Virus record (IMG/VR): IMGVR_UViG_3300042374_001687
Coordinates: 79,619-143,618 of that record
Reading direction: 5' to 3' (one strand)
From: a virus
DNA: 64,000 nucleotides
A model generated the notes under the pieces. That model was not told where the DNA came from and did no database searches. It was given only the letters and a program-made list of their open reading frames with translations. Made by a program: the position numbers and the translations under genes. Positions 10,040-19,587 of the stretch are shown here, piece by piece (position 1 is the stretch's first letter; every line of letters begins with the position of its first letter).

Positions 10040-10665
10040 TTTTGCTTAAAAAATCCAACGACTGTCGCTCTGCAATGGTCGCCGGCATCGTTATCTACTC
10101 TGTTTATGGAGTGCCAAACGCCGGGTCTGGTGAGGACAAGCCTGTTGGGCTTGCAAGTTATGTATGTTCCGGCTCCAAAATGGGACAAGAAAACATCCTC
10201 GTTCTTGTGGTCCAAATGAGGGGGGCTCACGCTGAATCCGGAAGGGGTCCTGGCCAGCATCAGTTCTCCGCCCCATGTGGAGGCCCATTCGGGATGGGCG
10301 TAAAAGATCGCGGCCCCAGAATACCCGAGGTCATTGTGCCAGTTCAATTTTGTTCCGCGCGGGTAAAGGTATGATCTCAAGACAAGTTCGTCGCAACTCA
10401 ATATTATTTGGGGATGCATCTTGGCAGCCTCCATGATAATAAACTTCATTAAGTCCATGTAGTTGCCAAATGAATCCGGACCCACATTGTAATCCCTAGT
10501 GCCCACCGGAGATCCGTCCGTTATTCTCCAAACCTTGGACCAGTTATTGATGTGCGGGATTAGAAATTCGTCGGACTGTATGGCCATCCATACCTTTTCA
10601 AACTGTTCGTTGTCCAGAACTTCGTCGTATATTGCGTAGTCGTTCGTTTCTTCAACTCTTATCAT
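10036..10665 (-). CDS. 2OG-Fe(II) oxygenase
   Basis: WHND (HxD), W..TWGGEL, KPNRLV, WHSI, R..VVGF; start at 10665 overlaps upstream stop. Confidence 0.9.
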   Translation of the reverse strand: MIRVEETNDYAIYDEVLDNEQFEKVWMAIQSDEFLIPHINNWSKVWRITDGSPVGTRDYNVGPDSFGNYMDLMKFIIMEAAKMHPQIILSCDELVLRSYLYPRGTKLNWHNDLGYSGAAIFYAHPEWASTWGGELMLARTPSGFSVSPPHLDHKNEDVFLSHFGAGTYITCKPNRLVLTRPGVWHSINRVDNDAGDHCRATVVGFFKQK

Positions 10666-11261
10666 AATGATCTTCTTAGTTTTAGCCTGTTCAAATAATA
10701 ATAGTATCTCTCGTAAGCGTCTTGGCACTCCTCTATCAGATTTTCCTTAAATATGTCATTCATCCCAGAGGAAAAATGATTAAATTCGGTCTTTAATTGC
10801 GTGGACAGCCCCAAGTAATGTTCTATTATAGGAAATGCCGTTCCTTTCGCAAGATCATCCCAAGTGAGAAGCACCGAATCTGGGGATCGTTTGGCCATCT
10901 CGCAGATTCTTCTGAGCCTAAACCTATAGTATTTTGCCGCATCTTCTTGTGTGTACTTCTTGTCTCTAAGCGTCATTATCTCGTTTAATGACGCTCTGGC
11001 GGGCCTTATCACATATATGAACTTGCAAAAATCAAAGAAGGACTTGTGAGAAAGGGACATGTTAAAGAGGAGGTGATCCCCGTAAACGGCCGAACTGTCG
11101 CGGCACTTGTGTCCTGCGGCAAACATCCACTCCAGCGAAGAGGGATTGTTGTACTGGGCTTCGGAATCGTGTATTTGGCATCTCGGGTTTTTATTGAGCA
11201 CATCCACCAGATCAGCAGATCCGGATCCGAGATGGCTGACGATAAAACAGACTCTTTTCAT
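10662..11261 (-). CDS. Sulfotransferase-like protein
   Basis: FIVSHLGSGSADL (degenerate PAPS loop), KFIYVIRP..S (3'-PB motif), LTWDDL. Confidence 0.6.
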   Translation of the reverse strand: MKRVCFIVSHLGSGSADLVDVLNKNPRCQIHDSEAQYNNPSSLEWMFAAGHKCRDSSAVYGDHLLFNMSLSHKSFFDFCKFIYVIRPARASLNEIMTLRDKKYTQEDAAKYYRFRLRRICEMAKRSPDSVLLTWDDLAKGTAFPIIEHYLGLSTQLKTEFNHFSSGMNDIFKENLIEECQDAYERYYYYLNRLKLRRSL

Positions 11262-11351
11262 GGCGCGATGGCTTAGTATTTAAGCCTTTTTGGGGCGGGT
11301 TCGACTATAATAGTAGAGTCGGCGTATAGATAAACCAAAAGAGAGGTGTCG

Positions 11352-13841
11352 ATGGCTTGGTGGGATTTTTACAAGTTGTGGACTTATCAATTTGAGAAAG
11401 GTCCCATAGAAAGAATGGACACCGCCCAAATAACCGGGGCGGGCGTTGTGGTTCCGGACGCCATGCCGGATCTGCGGGGGGATTCCTTTGGCCTGACTCA
11501 GTCACAGATCAGGCTGTATGACAGCAACGACTTTATAGACCTGTCTACTGTTACCAACAGGCAATCCAGGTACAAGGAATACGAAAGGCTCAGAAGCGTG
11601 GCTGAGATGGAAATGGCCATGACCGTGATCAGCGACGAGGCTTGCGTATCCGGCGATACAAAGATAGCCACACTTTTTGACGGCCAAAAAAGTATCAAGT
11701 GGCTGACCGAGAGATGGAGGAAGGATCCTAGTCCCTTCCTTGTTTACTGTTGGGATTTTGAAAAAGAAGATTATTCCTTGGGCTGGGCGTACGATCCTAG
11801 GGTTGTAAAGACAGAAAAGACGATCAGGGTGCTTCTTGACGACGGAAGCAGTTTCGTAGTGACGCCCGACCACAGAATACTGACGAGGGATCAGGAATGG
11901 GTTCATGCAGAAGATCTTGAGGTTGGGAGCGAACTGATGCCGTTCTACCGAATGGATCCGAACAAGAAGATAAATAGCTTCAAGTCAAGGCAATTCCCCA
12001 GAATATTCACATTTGACGGATGGAAGCACGAGCGCCAGTTCATAGACGAGTGGAGGGACGGAAAGTCAAAATACAAGAGGGTGAGCGAAGCATCCAGGCT
12101 TATAGCTGCGGGTGCCACATGTCGCTCCGTGGAAAGCATGATGAAGCACTCATGGAAGAGCATAGATTCATGGATCAGAAAAGAAGGGTTTTGCACCAAA
12201 GAACTCAAGTGGCTGGGGAAGAGGAAGGACAGGCGGAGAGTGGTCGGAATACTACCCCATAAGGAAATGGAGGTTTTTGATCTTAGCGTAAAAGACCACG
12301 AGAATTTCTGTACTGACAGCGTTGTGATGCACAACTGCCAGAAGAACGAAAAGGGAAATGTTCTGACAATAACGGTGGAGAACGAGCAGATAAAGAAAGA
12401 ACTTGAATTCTTATGCTTCAACAGGAAGATGCTCAATCTTAACCGTAAGGCTTGGCAGATGGTAAAGAAGCTCTGCATATTTGGCGACGGCTTCTATGAA
12501 CTCATAACCGACCCTAAGAATCCAAAGTACGGAGTGCTCAAGATCCAAGAACTACCCCCTGACAGCATGTACAAGATAGTAACAACTAAGGGAAGGGTGG
12601 TGGAATTCCAGCAGAGTAAAGAGGGGCCGGACTATCAAGCCCTGACACGCAGCGAAGTCTCAAAAGCAACTGACCAGGAGTTGATGCAGTCCACGGCGAT
12701 CAGGTTCGCCCCCACACAAGTAATCCACATGTACCTGGGTGACGACAGAAGGACGTTTTATCCATACGGACAAAGCCTTATGGAGCCGGCCAGAGGGCCT
12801 GCCCACCAGTTGAGACTTATGGAGGACGCGATGATGGTATATCGCCTCTCCAGAGCTCCCGAGCGTAGGGTTTTCTACATAGATGTCGGACAGTTGCCGC
12901 CATTCAAAGCCGAGGCGTTTGTGGAAAGGATGAAAGATCAATTCCGGAAAAAGAAGGTTCCGGCCGCAAGGGGAGCGGGAGCAAATGCGGTCGAGGAAAG
13001 ATGGCACGCACCGGCGGCTGACGAGGACTACTGGATTCCGATCCGACCGAGTGCGAATACTAGGATAGAAACCCTCCCCGGAGCCCAGAACCTTGGCGAG
13101 ATCGATGATGCCCTATATTTCAGGAACAAGCTTTTCACAGCACTCAACTTCCCAAAGAACTACCTGAGCAATGAGGATGTGGGGGCGACAAGAATAACGC
13201 TGAGCGCCCAAGACGCAAGGTTTGCAAGGATGGTAGAAAGAATACAATCAAGCATGGAGGATGCAATACTTGAAATATGTGAGCGTCACCTTGAAATGAG
13301 AGGGTTCCCATCAGAGGCCTATGAAGACCTTAAGATAGAGATGACGCCACCGAGCAGCTGGAGGGAACTGAGCGAGGCCGAGATCATGAACAACAGGATC
13401 AACGCGGTAACGACGCTGAAGTCCTCCATGCTCATGAGCGATTTTGACTTGCTTACTAAATTCCTCAAGATCAGCGAGGAGGAGGCCGTTAGAATAATAT
13501 CAAGGAACAAGATTCAGAAACTAGAAGACCTCAAGATCCAGATAATAGGACAAAACCCGCAGCTTTTGGGAGTAGGTACGCCAGGAATTCCAACCGGGGA
13601 GCCTGAAATTGGAGCCGAACGAGGCGGCCCCACGCCAAACCTAGAGGCACCCGAAGAGTCCGAAAGCGAAATAAACCAGACGGAAGAGGAAAGTCCCGAG
13701 GCGGAAACGGGAGAAGGCCAAGAAATAACGGCCGAACTCCCAGACCCCAGCGAAGAGGACATCAAAAAGTACGATTTGGGCATAGAGAACTACAGCAAGG
13801 ATATAGACAACGAGGACATAGACTGGAGCGAAGAGGGATGA
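11352..13841 (+). CDS. Portal protein (T4 gp20-like), intein-interrupted
   Basis: YGQSLMEPAR, QLRLMEDAMMVYRLSRAPERRVFYIDVGQLP..KAE, EDYWIP, TRIETLPGAQNLGEIDD..YF..KL..AL..P. Confidence 0.95.
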   Translation: MAWWDFYKLWTYQFEKGPIERMDTAQITGAGVVVPDAMPDLRGDSFGLTQSQIRLYDSNDFIDLSTVTNRQSRYKEYERLRSVAEMEMAMTVISDEACVSGDTKIATLFDGQKSIKWLTERWRKDPSPFLVYCWDFEKEDYSLGWAYDPRVVKTEKTIRVLLDDGSSFVVTPDHRILTRDQEWVHAEDLEVGSELMPFYRMDPNKKINSFKSRQFPRIFTFDGWKHERQFIDEWRDGKSKYKRVSEASRLIAAGATCRSVESMMKHSWKSIDSWIRKEGFCTKELKWLGKRKDRRRVVGILPHKEMEVFDLSVKDHENFCTDSVVMHNCQKNEKGNVLTITVENEQIKKELEFLCFNRKMLNLNRKAWQMVKKLCIFGDGFYELITDPKNPKYGVLKIQELPPDSMYKIVTTKGRVVEFQQSKEGPDYQALTRSEVSKATDQELMQSTAIRFAPTQVIHMYLGDDRRTFYPYGQSLMEPARGPAHQLRLMEDAMMVYRLSRAPERRVFYIDVGQLPPFKAEAFVERMKDQFRKKKVPAARGAGANAVEERWHAPAADEDYWIPIRPSANTRIETLPGAQNLGEIDDALYFRNKLFTALNFPKNYLSNEDVGATRITLSAQDARFARMVERIQSSMEDAILEICERHLEMRGFPSEAYEDLKIEMTPPSSWRELSEAEIMNNRINAVTTLKSSMLMSDFDLLTKFLKISEEEAVRIISRNKIQKLEDLKIQIIGQNPQLLGVGTPGIPTGEPEIGAERGGPTPNLEAPEESESEINQTEEESPEAETGEGQEITAELPDPSEEDIKKYDLGIENYSKDIDNEDIDWSEEG
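11643..12335 (+). mobile_element. Intein (231 aa) in portal
   Basis: A/CVSGDTKIA block A, VTPDHRIL block B, VFDLSV.DHENF block F, VVMHN/C block G. Confidence 0.92.
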
Positions 13842-14014
13842 CGGAACACGAAATAAGGAACAAGCTTAATGAAATACGGGAGTATGTGTGCTCCAAGTAC
13901 TTCACGACAGATCAAGCCAAAGCCCTTTATGCCGAAAAAGAGAAACTGGAAAAGATGCTGGAGGTTTTGTCAAATGATAAAGAGAAAGCCCGGGATAAGC
14001 GCAAAGAAGATTGA
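13838..14014 (+). CDS. Small hypothetical protein
   Basis: MTEHEIRNKLNEIREY... overlaps portal stop (ATGA). Confidence 0.5.
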   Translation: MTEHEIRNKLNEIREYVCSKYFTTDQAKALYAEKEKLEKMLEVLSNDKEKARDKRKED

Positions 14015-14168
14015 AAAGCTCGCAAAGCAAGGCCGGCTGAGGGATAATTTTGAAATTTGGGTTGACAAGCACAACCACAAGATGGAACTTATTAGAACCT
14101 TAACAAGCGTTATGGGTCTCATAGTTTCTTCAATCGTGATGCTTAAGGTTTTCGGGCTGATTAAATAG
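13974..14168 (+). CDS. Small membrane protein
   Basis: Basic N-terminus, C-terminal TM (LTSVMGLIVSSIVMLKVFGLI). Confidence 0.55.
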   Translation: MIKRKPGISAKKIEKLAKQGRLRDNFEIWVDKHNHKMELIRTLTSVMGLIVSSIVMLKVFGLIK

Positions 14169-14175
14169 ATATAGC

Positions 14176-14802
14176 ATGACCAATTTCAAAGAATGGCTCA
14201 TCTCTGAGGCCGCCATAGTGCCGGAGAAGATCCAGTATGACGAAAAAGGAAGACCCAACTTCCGCGTGTACTTCATGAATGAAGGCCAGACGATAGGGCT
14301 GGAGGTGCTGCAAGGGGGAGGATACAAATTTGCAGGCGATCTCATAAGCGATGTGTTTGGAAACACGCAAATTCTACAAGGCTACAAGTTGTTTAATTGG
14401 CACAACGATCTACCCAAGGACGGAGGCTACAGCCCGATGTTCTACGACATCGCCATGGAACTCGCGACAAAGAAGGGCGGATATCTGGTGTCCGCAACCT
14501 TGGTCAACAGGCTTGTCGGAGCAAAGAACGCAAAGGAAAACAAGGGCTACGCGGGAGGAGACACCAGCGATGGAGCAGAGGCCATCTACAAGTTCTACTA
14601 CGAAAGAAGAGGCGATGTTGAGAAGGTGCAGCCCAATCTGATTTTGATGAACGAACCAGACCAAGCCAACAAACCATATCTGTACGAACTCTATAAGAAA
14701 AGCCCGACAGTCATACCCAAACTGATCCAGATGAATTCAAAAGGACAGCCTGTGCTAGTGTCGGGGATGGGCATACATGCGAAGCCCATCATGAGCCTTT
14801 AG
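14176..14802 (+). CDS. Putative capsid-targeted protein, GNAT-like fold
   Basis: MTNFKEWLISE tag; GGYSPMFYDIAME...S..AEAIYKFYY pattern resembles GNAT motifs A/B. Confidence 0.6.
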   Translation: MTNFKEWLISEAAIVPEKIQYDEKGRPNFRVYFMNEGQTIGLEVLQGGGYKFAGDLISDVFGNTQILQGYKLFNWHNDLPKDGGYSPMFYDIAMELATKKGGYLVSATLVNRLVGAKNAKENKGYAGGDTSDGAEAIYKFYYERRGDVEKVQPNLILMNEPDQANKPYLYELYKKSPTVIPKLIQMNSKGQPVLVSGMGIHAKPIMSL

Positions 14803-15983
14803 AATCCGACCTTTCTCTTCTCTTCCTCCTCGTGGAAGTTGTCGTCGTCATTGTATATTTCGGCAAGGGTCATGGGAGAATCTGTCCTTCTCGAGGATCC
14901 CATGGACTCCAACACTCGGTTCGCATCCTCGGCGGACAAGGCTTTGAAGCAGTGCTCAAAAAGGAGCCTCCCCTTCCTAACAAGCGCCGAGTCTATGTTC
15001 TCGCGCTCTATGTTGAAGGTTGCGATGATCATGATGTTGAGGCAGTCGCCCAGTATGCCGTCGGTGATGTTTAGTATGTTGCTGACAGCACCGTTGTCTC
15101 CCGAGTCCCGGCTCCTTATTACCTTCTCGGCGTCCTCCAGCAAGAGTATGGAATTCCTGTGTCCCATCATAAAACTCAAAAAATCGGGACTTGTGAGCTG
15201 CTCGGCGGCGGCGGAGGAAAGATATATCACCTTCCTGTTGGTCTTAGTTGTGAGATACTTTATGAATGTGCTCTTGCCAGTGCCGGGGTCTCCTGAAAAA
15301 AGAACAAGGCCGTTCTTGTTTTTGGACAGAAGATCCACGACCCTTCCGAGTTTCTCGGAATAATCGCGGCCATAGTTGAGTTCAATGTCCACGGAGGGAG
15401 GAAGCTTTATATTAAATCTCTGGAGCGATAGCATCCCGTCAGAGGCGCAAAGCAGATAAACATTACTGTGCTTCCTGGGTTCGGGTTCCAATTCAAAACA
15501 GCCCTTGACCTTTTCTAGGGTCTCGGAAGAAGCATAAAGTATGCGACCTCTGTAATTGGTGAAATCTTTGTCCTCTTCCTCCTCCTCGTCGTCGGCCTCG
15601 TCAATGTGAAAATAATTCCTTCTCAAGAGGCTTTCTTTTCTGTATATCAGGATCATGGAGTCCTCGTACTCGTAGCAAATTTCCGTGTTGTCCACGAGTT
15701 TTTTGCCGTCTATAAGCGTCTCCAGTTCGCACTGAAAAAACCTCTTGGCGCCCATCTTTTCAAGGTTTTCCAGCGTGGAAACGCTTATGGGCGACTGGTA
15801 CTCGTAGACCGATGGCTGTTTGGAGTGACGGTCCACATAGTTGTAGAAAAAATTAAGGTATGTTCCGTAGTCGCCCGAGTTAGTCTTGCGACCGTAAGGA
15901 TTGGAATTTAGGTCTTTCATTCCATTATCATAATCCCGACTGTTAAAAAAATCAAGGCCTTTCAGGGATTTTTGAGTTATCAA
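14799..15983 (-). CDS. AAA+ ATPase
   Basis: GDPGTGKST Walker A, LLLEDAE Walker B, ATFN sensor I, IDSALVRKGRL arginine finger. Confidence 0.9.
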   Translation of the reverse strand: MITQKSLKGLDFFNSRDYDNGMKDLNSNPYGRKTNSGDYGTYLNFFYNYVDRHSKQPSVYEYQSPISVSTLENLEKMGAKRFFQCELETLIDGKKLVDNTEICYEYEDSMILIYRKESLLRRNYFHIDEADDEEEEEDKDFTNYRGRILYASSETLEKVKGCFELEPEPRKHSNVYLLCASDGMLSLQRFNIKLPPSVDIELNYGRDYSEKLGRVVDLLSKNKNGLVLFSGDPGTGKSTFIKYLTTKTNRKVIYLSSAAAEQLTSPDFLSFMMGHRNSILLLEDAEKVIRSRDSGDNGAVSNILNITDGILGDCLNIMIIATFNIERENIDSALVRKGRLLFEHCFKALSAEDANRVLESMGSSRRTDSPMTLAEIYNDDDNFHEEEEKRKVGF

Positions 15984-16102
15984 GCATACTATACAGATGA
16001 CGTTGGGTCGCTATGCCAATTCGTCGAAAAAAAGGCCTGCCCGACTATATAGAACTATGTGCCACGGTTTTTAGGGCTGAAAAAGACTAGGAGTATATTG
16101 AC

Positions 16103-17899
16103 ATGAAAAGAAAACTCATCGAGTACGATGCATTCAACAAAATAAAGACGGAGTCGCTGTCGAACGCCCAGAAGGAATTGGAGGCGGCGTCCAACCTTCT
16201 GGCCGTGGCTCTGGAGATGGAAGGACTTTCCTTGGACTCATTCGGGCCCAATGAAGTACTGTTCGAATCGCTGGACGGTGATTTCGTCCACGCAAACTAT
16301 GAAATAAAGAATGGTTATGTGCAGTTTGACAATGTCGAGCAGCTCGTGATCAACGAGGAGAGTGAGGCTGCCAAGTCGAAGGAAGTTATATCGCGCATGA
16401 TCGACTCGCTCATCGAGAGCGACGAGGCCAAGGCCAACGAGATCTTCGCGGAGTGGATGAACCTCCCAAGAACAAAGAGAATATTCACCGAGACCAAGAA
16501 GCTCCGCGTAGTCCCGATCCGAAAGAGGGTCGGCGGCAAAACAAAGATCGTCGGCTACAGAAAGGCGCGCTGGAGTGTCACTCCCCACTCGCACGAGAGC
16601 GGAAGCAAGACGGCCAAGAGAATGCGCATGAAGAGGGCCAGCCAGAGAAAAATGCCACTCGGCCTAAAGAAGTTCCTCGCCGCGAGGCGCGACAGGGTCA
16701 AGAAGACAATCGGCGAGTGGAATGTGATCGCCGAAAACGTGCTGAACTACCTTGATCTAACACAGAACGGCCCGGTTGTTGACCAGTGCGGCGTCTTGAG
16801 GAAAGAGAACGAGATCGTTTCGGTCAGGGTTCCGACCATGAAACTCAGGAACGAGGCCAAACTCCTCAAGTTCAACTGGGACACTATGAACACCGATGTC
16901 GTTGTCAAGAGAAGCAACGCCAAGAAGATGAATGAGAACAGCGAATTCGTCAAGGAAATCGCCGAACTCAAGAGAGCCAACGCCCTCTCCGACACCAAGT
17001 CGTTTGAGGAGTCACTCGAGAGCATCTCCACAAAGTATGCCGACTGCATCTATCTGACCGAGGGAGAACTCGCCAGACAGATAAAGCTGTGCCTAGAGTC
17101 CGCTGCGGCCAGCAACTACGACGATGAAACATGCCAGTTCCTGGCTGAGGGCATCATCAGGACGATCCACGAAAACTTCGTGGAGCGTGTCGCGAAGATC
17201 GTAAAGCTCGCCGGATCCAAGATCAACGAGGAAGCCGCCGACAAGTATGCCGAGTTCAAGGCCATCGCCGAAACCTATTTCAAGAAGTTGGACGAGTCCA
17301 GAATGCTTGAGATGCAGGCCTTCGTCGATGTGTATGAAGCCCTGAGACAAGTTCACGAACTAGCTAAGGAAGAGAACAACGAGATAGTTGCCGAGGAAGC
17401 CGCCGCTCAACTGGACAGCTTGCTGCCCATCGTGAAGGGCGAGGCTGAACTTTCGGCCGAAGTTCTCGGCGAGGCCGCCGAACTCCTATATGACATCGTG
17501 GAAGGCACGATGCCCGAGGAGTGGAAGGTTTCGGAGCCGGTCGTCAGCGCCGAGGGCGAGCACCCCGAAGTCGCCAAGAAGGGCAAGACTAGCCAGTCGC
17601 CCGCCGAGATGCAGGGCAGAACGCCCGAAGCTCAGCACACAAGCGACGGAAAGGAATGCGACGGTGACGCGGCCCGCGAACTTGAAGGCGAGGGCTGGAG
17701 CAACCTGGGCGGCGAGGGAGTCTACCCCGAGCTTGATAACCCGTACGTACTCAAGGCCGGAGAATACAAGATTGCCAACGAGAAGGACATTGATTCCGAC
17801 TCCGATCAGCTAGCGCACTGGGGAGACGCCGACACATGGCCGAACCTCCAGAATCCTTATTCCAAGGCCAGCGTCACGCCGAAGTCTGTCAAAGAGTAA
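16103..17899 (+). CDS. Prohead core / head-associated protein
   Basis: Glu-rich with a basic central patch, directly upstream of prohead protease; many L/I-x-E sites; structural-gene codon bias. Confidence 0.6.
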   Translation: MKRKLIEYDAFNKIKTESLSNAQKELEAASNLLAVALEMEGLSLDSFGPNEVLFESLDGDFVHANYEIKNGYVQFDNVEQLVINEESEAAKSKEVISRMIDSLIESDEAKANEIFAEWMNLPRTKRIFTETKKLRVVPIRKRVGGKTKIVGYRKARWSVTPHSHESGSKTAKRMRMKRASQRKMPLGLKKFLAARRDRVKKTIGEWNVIAENVLNYLDLTQNGPVVDQCGVLRKENEIVSVRVPTMKLRNEAKLLKFNWDTMNTDVVVKRSNAKKMNENSEFVKEIAELKRANALSDTKSFEESLESISTKYADCIYLTEGELARQIKLCLESAAASNYDDETCQFLAEGIIRTIHENFVERVAKIVKLAGSKINEEAADKYAEFKAIAETYFKKLDESRMLEMQAFVDVYEALRQVHELAKEENNEIVAEEAAAQLDSLLPIVKGEAELSAEVLGEAAELLYDIVEGTMPEEWKVSEPVVSAEGEHPEVAKKGKTSQSPAEMQGRTPEAQHTSDGKECDGDAARELEGEGWSNLGGEGVYPELDNPYVLKAGEYKIANEKDIDSDSDQLAHWGDADTWPNLQNPYSKASVTPKSVKE

Positions 17900-17917
17900 C
17901 AAATAGGAGGGACCCAC

Positions 17918-18637
17918 ATGAATCTGTTGCTAGAGCATGACCAGACGCCGGGCACTGTTTACGAGAATAGACTTATTCTCGGAGGCGGATGCTGCGCCGT
18001 ACTAAACGAGATGGACTTGCACGAGTCCGCCGGAACCGGCGGGAATGTCGTCAAGTTCAGGGGCAAGTTTCAAGAAGCCGACGCGATCAACAAGAACAAG
18101 AGGACATACCCGTTCAGTGTTCTGGACGATAATGTCAAGAGCCTCATGGAGACCATTTCCAGCGGCGGCCTCATCGGCGAGCTGGACCACCCCACGGACA
18201 GCATAGTCCACTTCACGAACGCCTCCCACAAGATCACAAAACTCTGGTGGGAGGGTAAGACCCTCATGGGTGAAGGGGTAATACTGAACACTCCCCACGG
18301 CAAGATACTCAAGGCGCTCATCAACGACGGCGTCCGAGTGGGAATCAGCAGCCGCGGGGTTGGTAACGGAAAGGTGAACGAGAACGGAATACTTGTCATC
18401 GGCGAGAGCTACAAGCTCATAACCTTTGATGCTGTCGCCGACCCGAGCACCAGCCAGGCTTTCCAGGAAAAAGTGGTTTCCAAAGAGAGCGTGACCCCCA
18501 AGACAGTCCAGCAGGAAGTTCATTCGGTTAAAAATGAAACCAGCAGCATACATACTCTGAGCAAAGAGCTCATTCTTGCTGCTTTCGGCGGGATTGTTCA
18601 ACAACAAGCCAGAGTTATTAAAGAGAGGACAAACTAA
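17918..18637 (+). CDS. Prohead protease (T4 gp21-like)
   Basis: NKNKRTYP, GELDHP, SHKI, LNTPHGKI, GISSRGVG, TFDAVADPS. Confidence 0.95.
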   Translation: MNLLLEHDQTPGTVYENRLILGGGCCAVLNEMDLHESAGTGGNVVKFRGKFQEADAINKNKRTYPFSVLDDNVKSLMETISSGGLIGELDHPTDSIVHFTNASHKITKLWWEGKTLMGEGVILNTPHGKILKALINDGVRVGISSRGVGNGKVNENGILVIGESYKLITFDAVADPSTSQAFQEKVVSKESVTPKTVQQEVHSVKNETSSIHTLSKELILAAFGGIVQQQARVIKERTN

Positions 18638-19551
18638 TGGAAAAAATTGTAGAGGCTTTGACCAAACTGCTCCCCGAGGACGCCGTCACGGAAGTCACCG
18701 AGGCAGTCAAGAACGAACTGGAAGGTGCCAAGCAGGCGTACGAGCAAGAGTTCAACTCCAAGCTCGAGGAAGCCTATGCAGAACTTTCCGAGGAACTGAA
18801 GACCGCCGAGGAGACCGCCATCCAAGGCTATAAGGAAGCGTACGCGATCATCCAGGATCTCCGCAGCCGCCTTGAGACGCAGCAGAAGGAATTCGAGGCC
18901 TCGATGGAAGAGGGCTACGAGGAGGCCTACCAGATGCTGCTCGCCGAGAAGGGCAAGAACGAGAACCTCGAGGTAGAGATGTACGAGCAGTTCAATACAA
19001 AACTCCAGGAGATGAAGGAGTACATGGTCGACAAGGTCGACGCCTTCCTCCAGTACAAGGGCGCCGAGATATACGAATCGGCCCACAAGGAAATCACGAG
19101 CGATCCGAGACTGGTGGAGCACAAGTCCGCCCTCGACAAGGTCGTGGAATGCGTTGCCAACTACATCGGGGACGAAGAGTTCGCCGGTGTCAACAACGCG
19201 AAGGTTGAAGAAATCGCCCGCAAGGCTGAGGAACTCAAGAGCCAGGTCAAGATCCTGGAGGCTAGGAACATCAGACTGAGCGCCGAGAACACGAAACTCA
19301 CCGAGGCCGTCAGGGAGACCCAGAAGGTCATCACCGAATCGGTCGAGGCCGAGAAGAAAGAAAGAGCAGAAAAGGCAAAGAATGTGCAGGGGAGAGGACG
19401 TGCCGTCAACGACTCTGAGCTTGTTGCCGAATGGAATAACAATAAGTCCGAAGAAAAGAAGCCAAACGTTGACACAACATTGGTCGAAAGTCTCGATCCT
19501 GACTTGCTTCGTCAAATGCAGGTCCTAGCCGGAACGAAAAACAACGACTGA
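18637..19551 (+). CDS. Prohead scaffold protein (gp22-like)
   Basis: Glu/Lys-rich coiled coil between protease and capsid genes. Confidence 0.8.
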   Translation: MEKIVEALTKLLPEDAVTEVTEAVKNELEGAKQAYEQEFNSKLEEAYAELSEELKTAEETAIQGYKEAYAIIQDLRSRLETQQKEFEASMEEGYEEAYQMLLAEKGKNENLEVEMYEQFNTKLQEMKEYMVDKVDAFLQYKGAEIYESAHKEITSDPRLVEHKSALDKVVECVANYIGDEEFAGVNNAKVEEIARKAEELKSQVKILEARNIRLSAENTKLTEAVRETQKVITESVEAEKKERAEKAKNVQGRGRAVNDSELVAEWNNNKSEEKKPNVDTTLVESLDPDLLRQMQVLAGTKNND

Positions 19552-19587
19552 TCAGAATCTTTAGTATAACCAAGGAGAAAACCAAAA

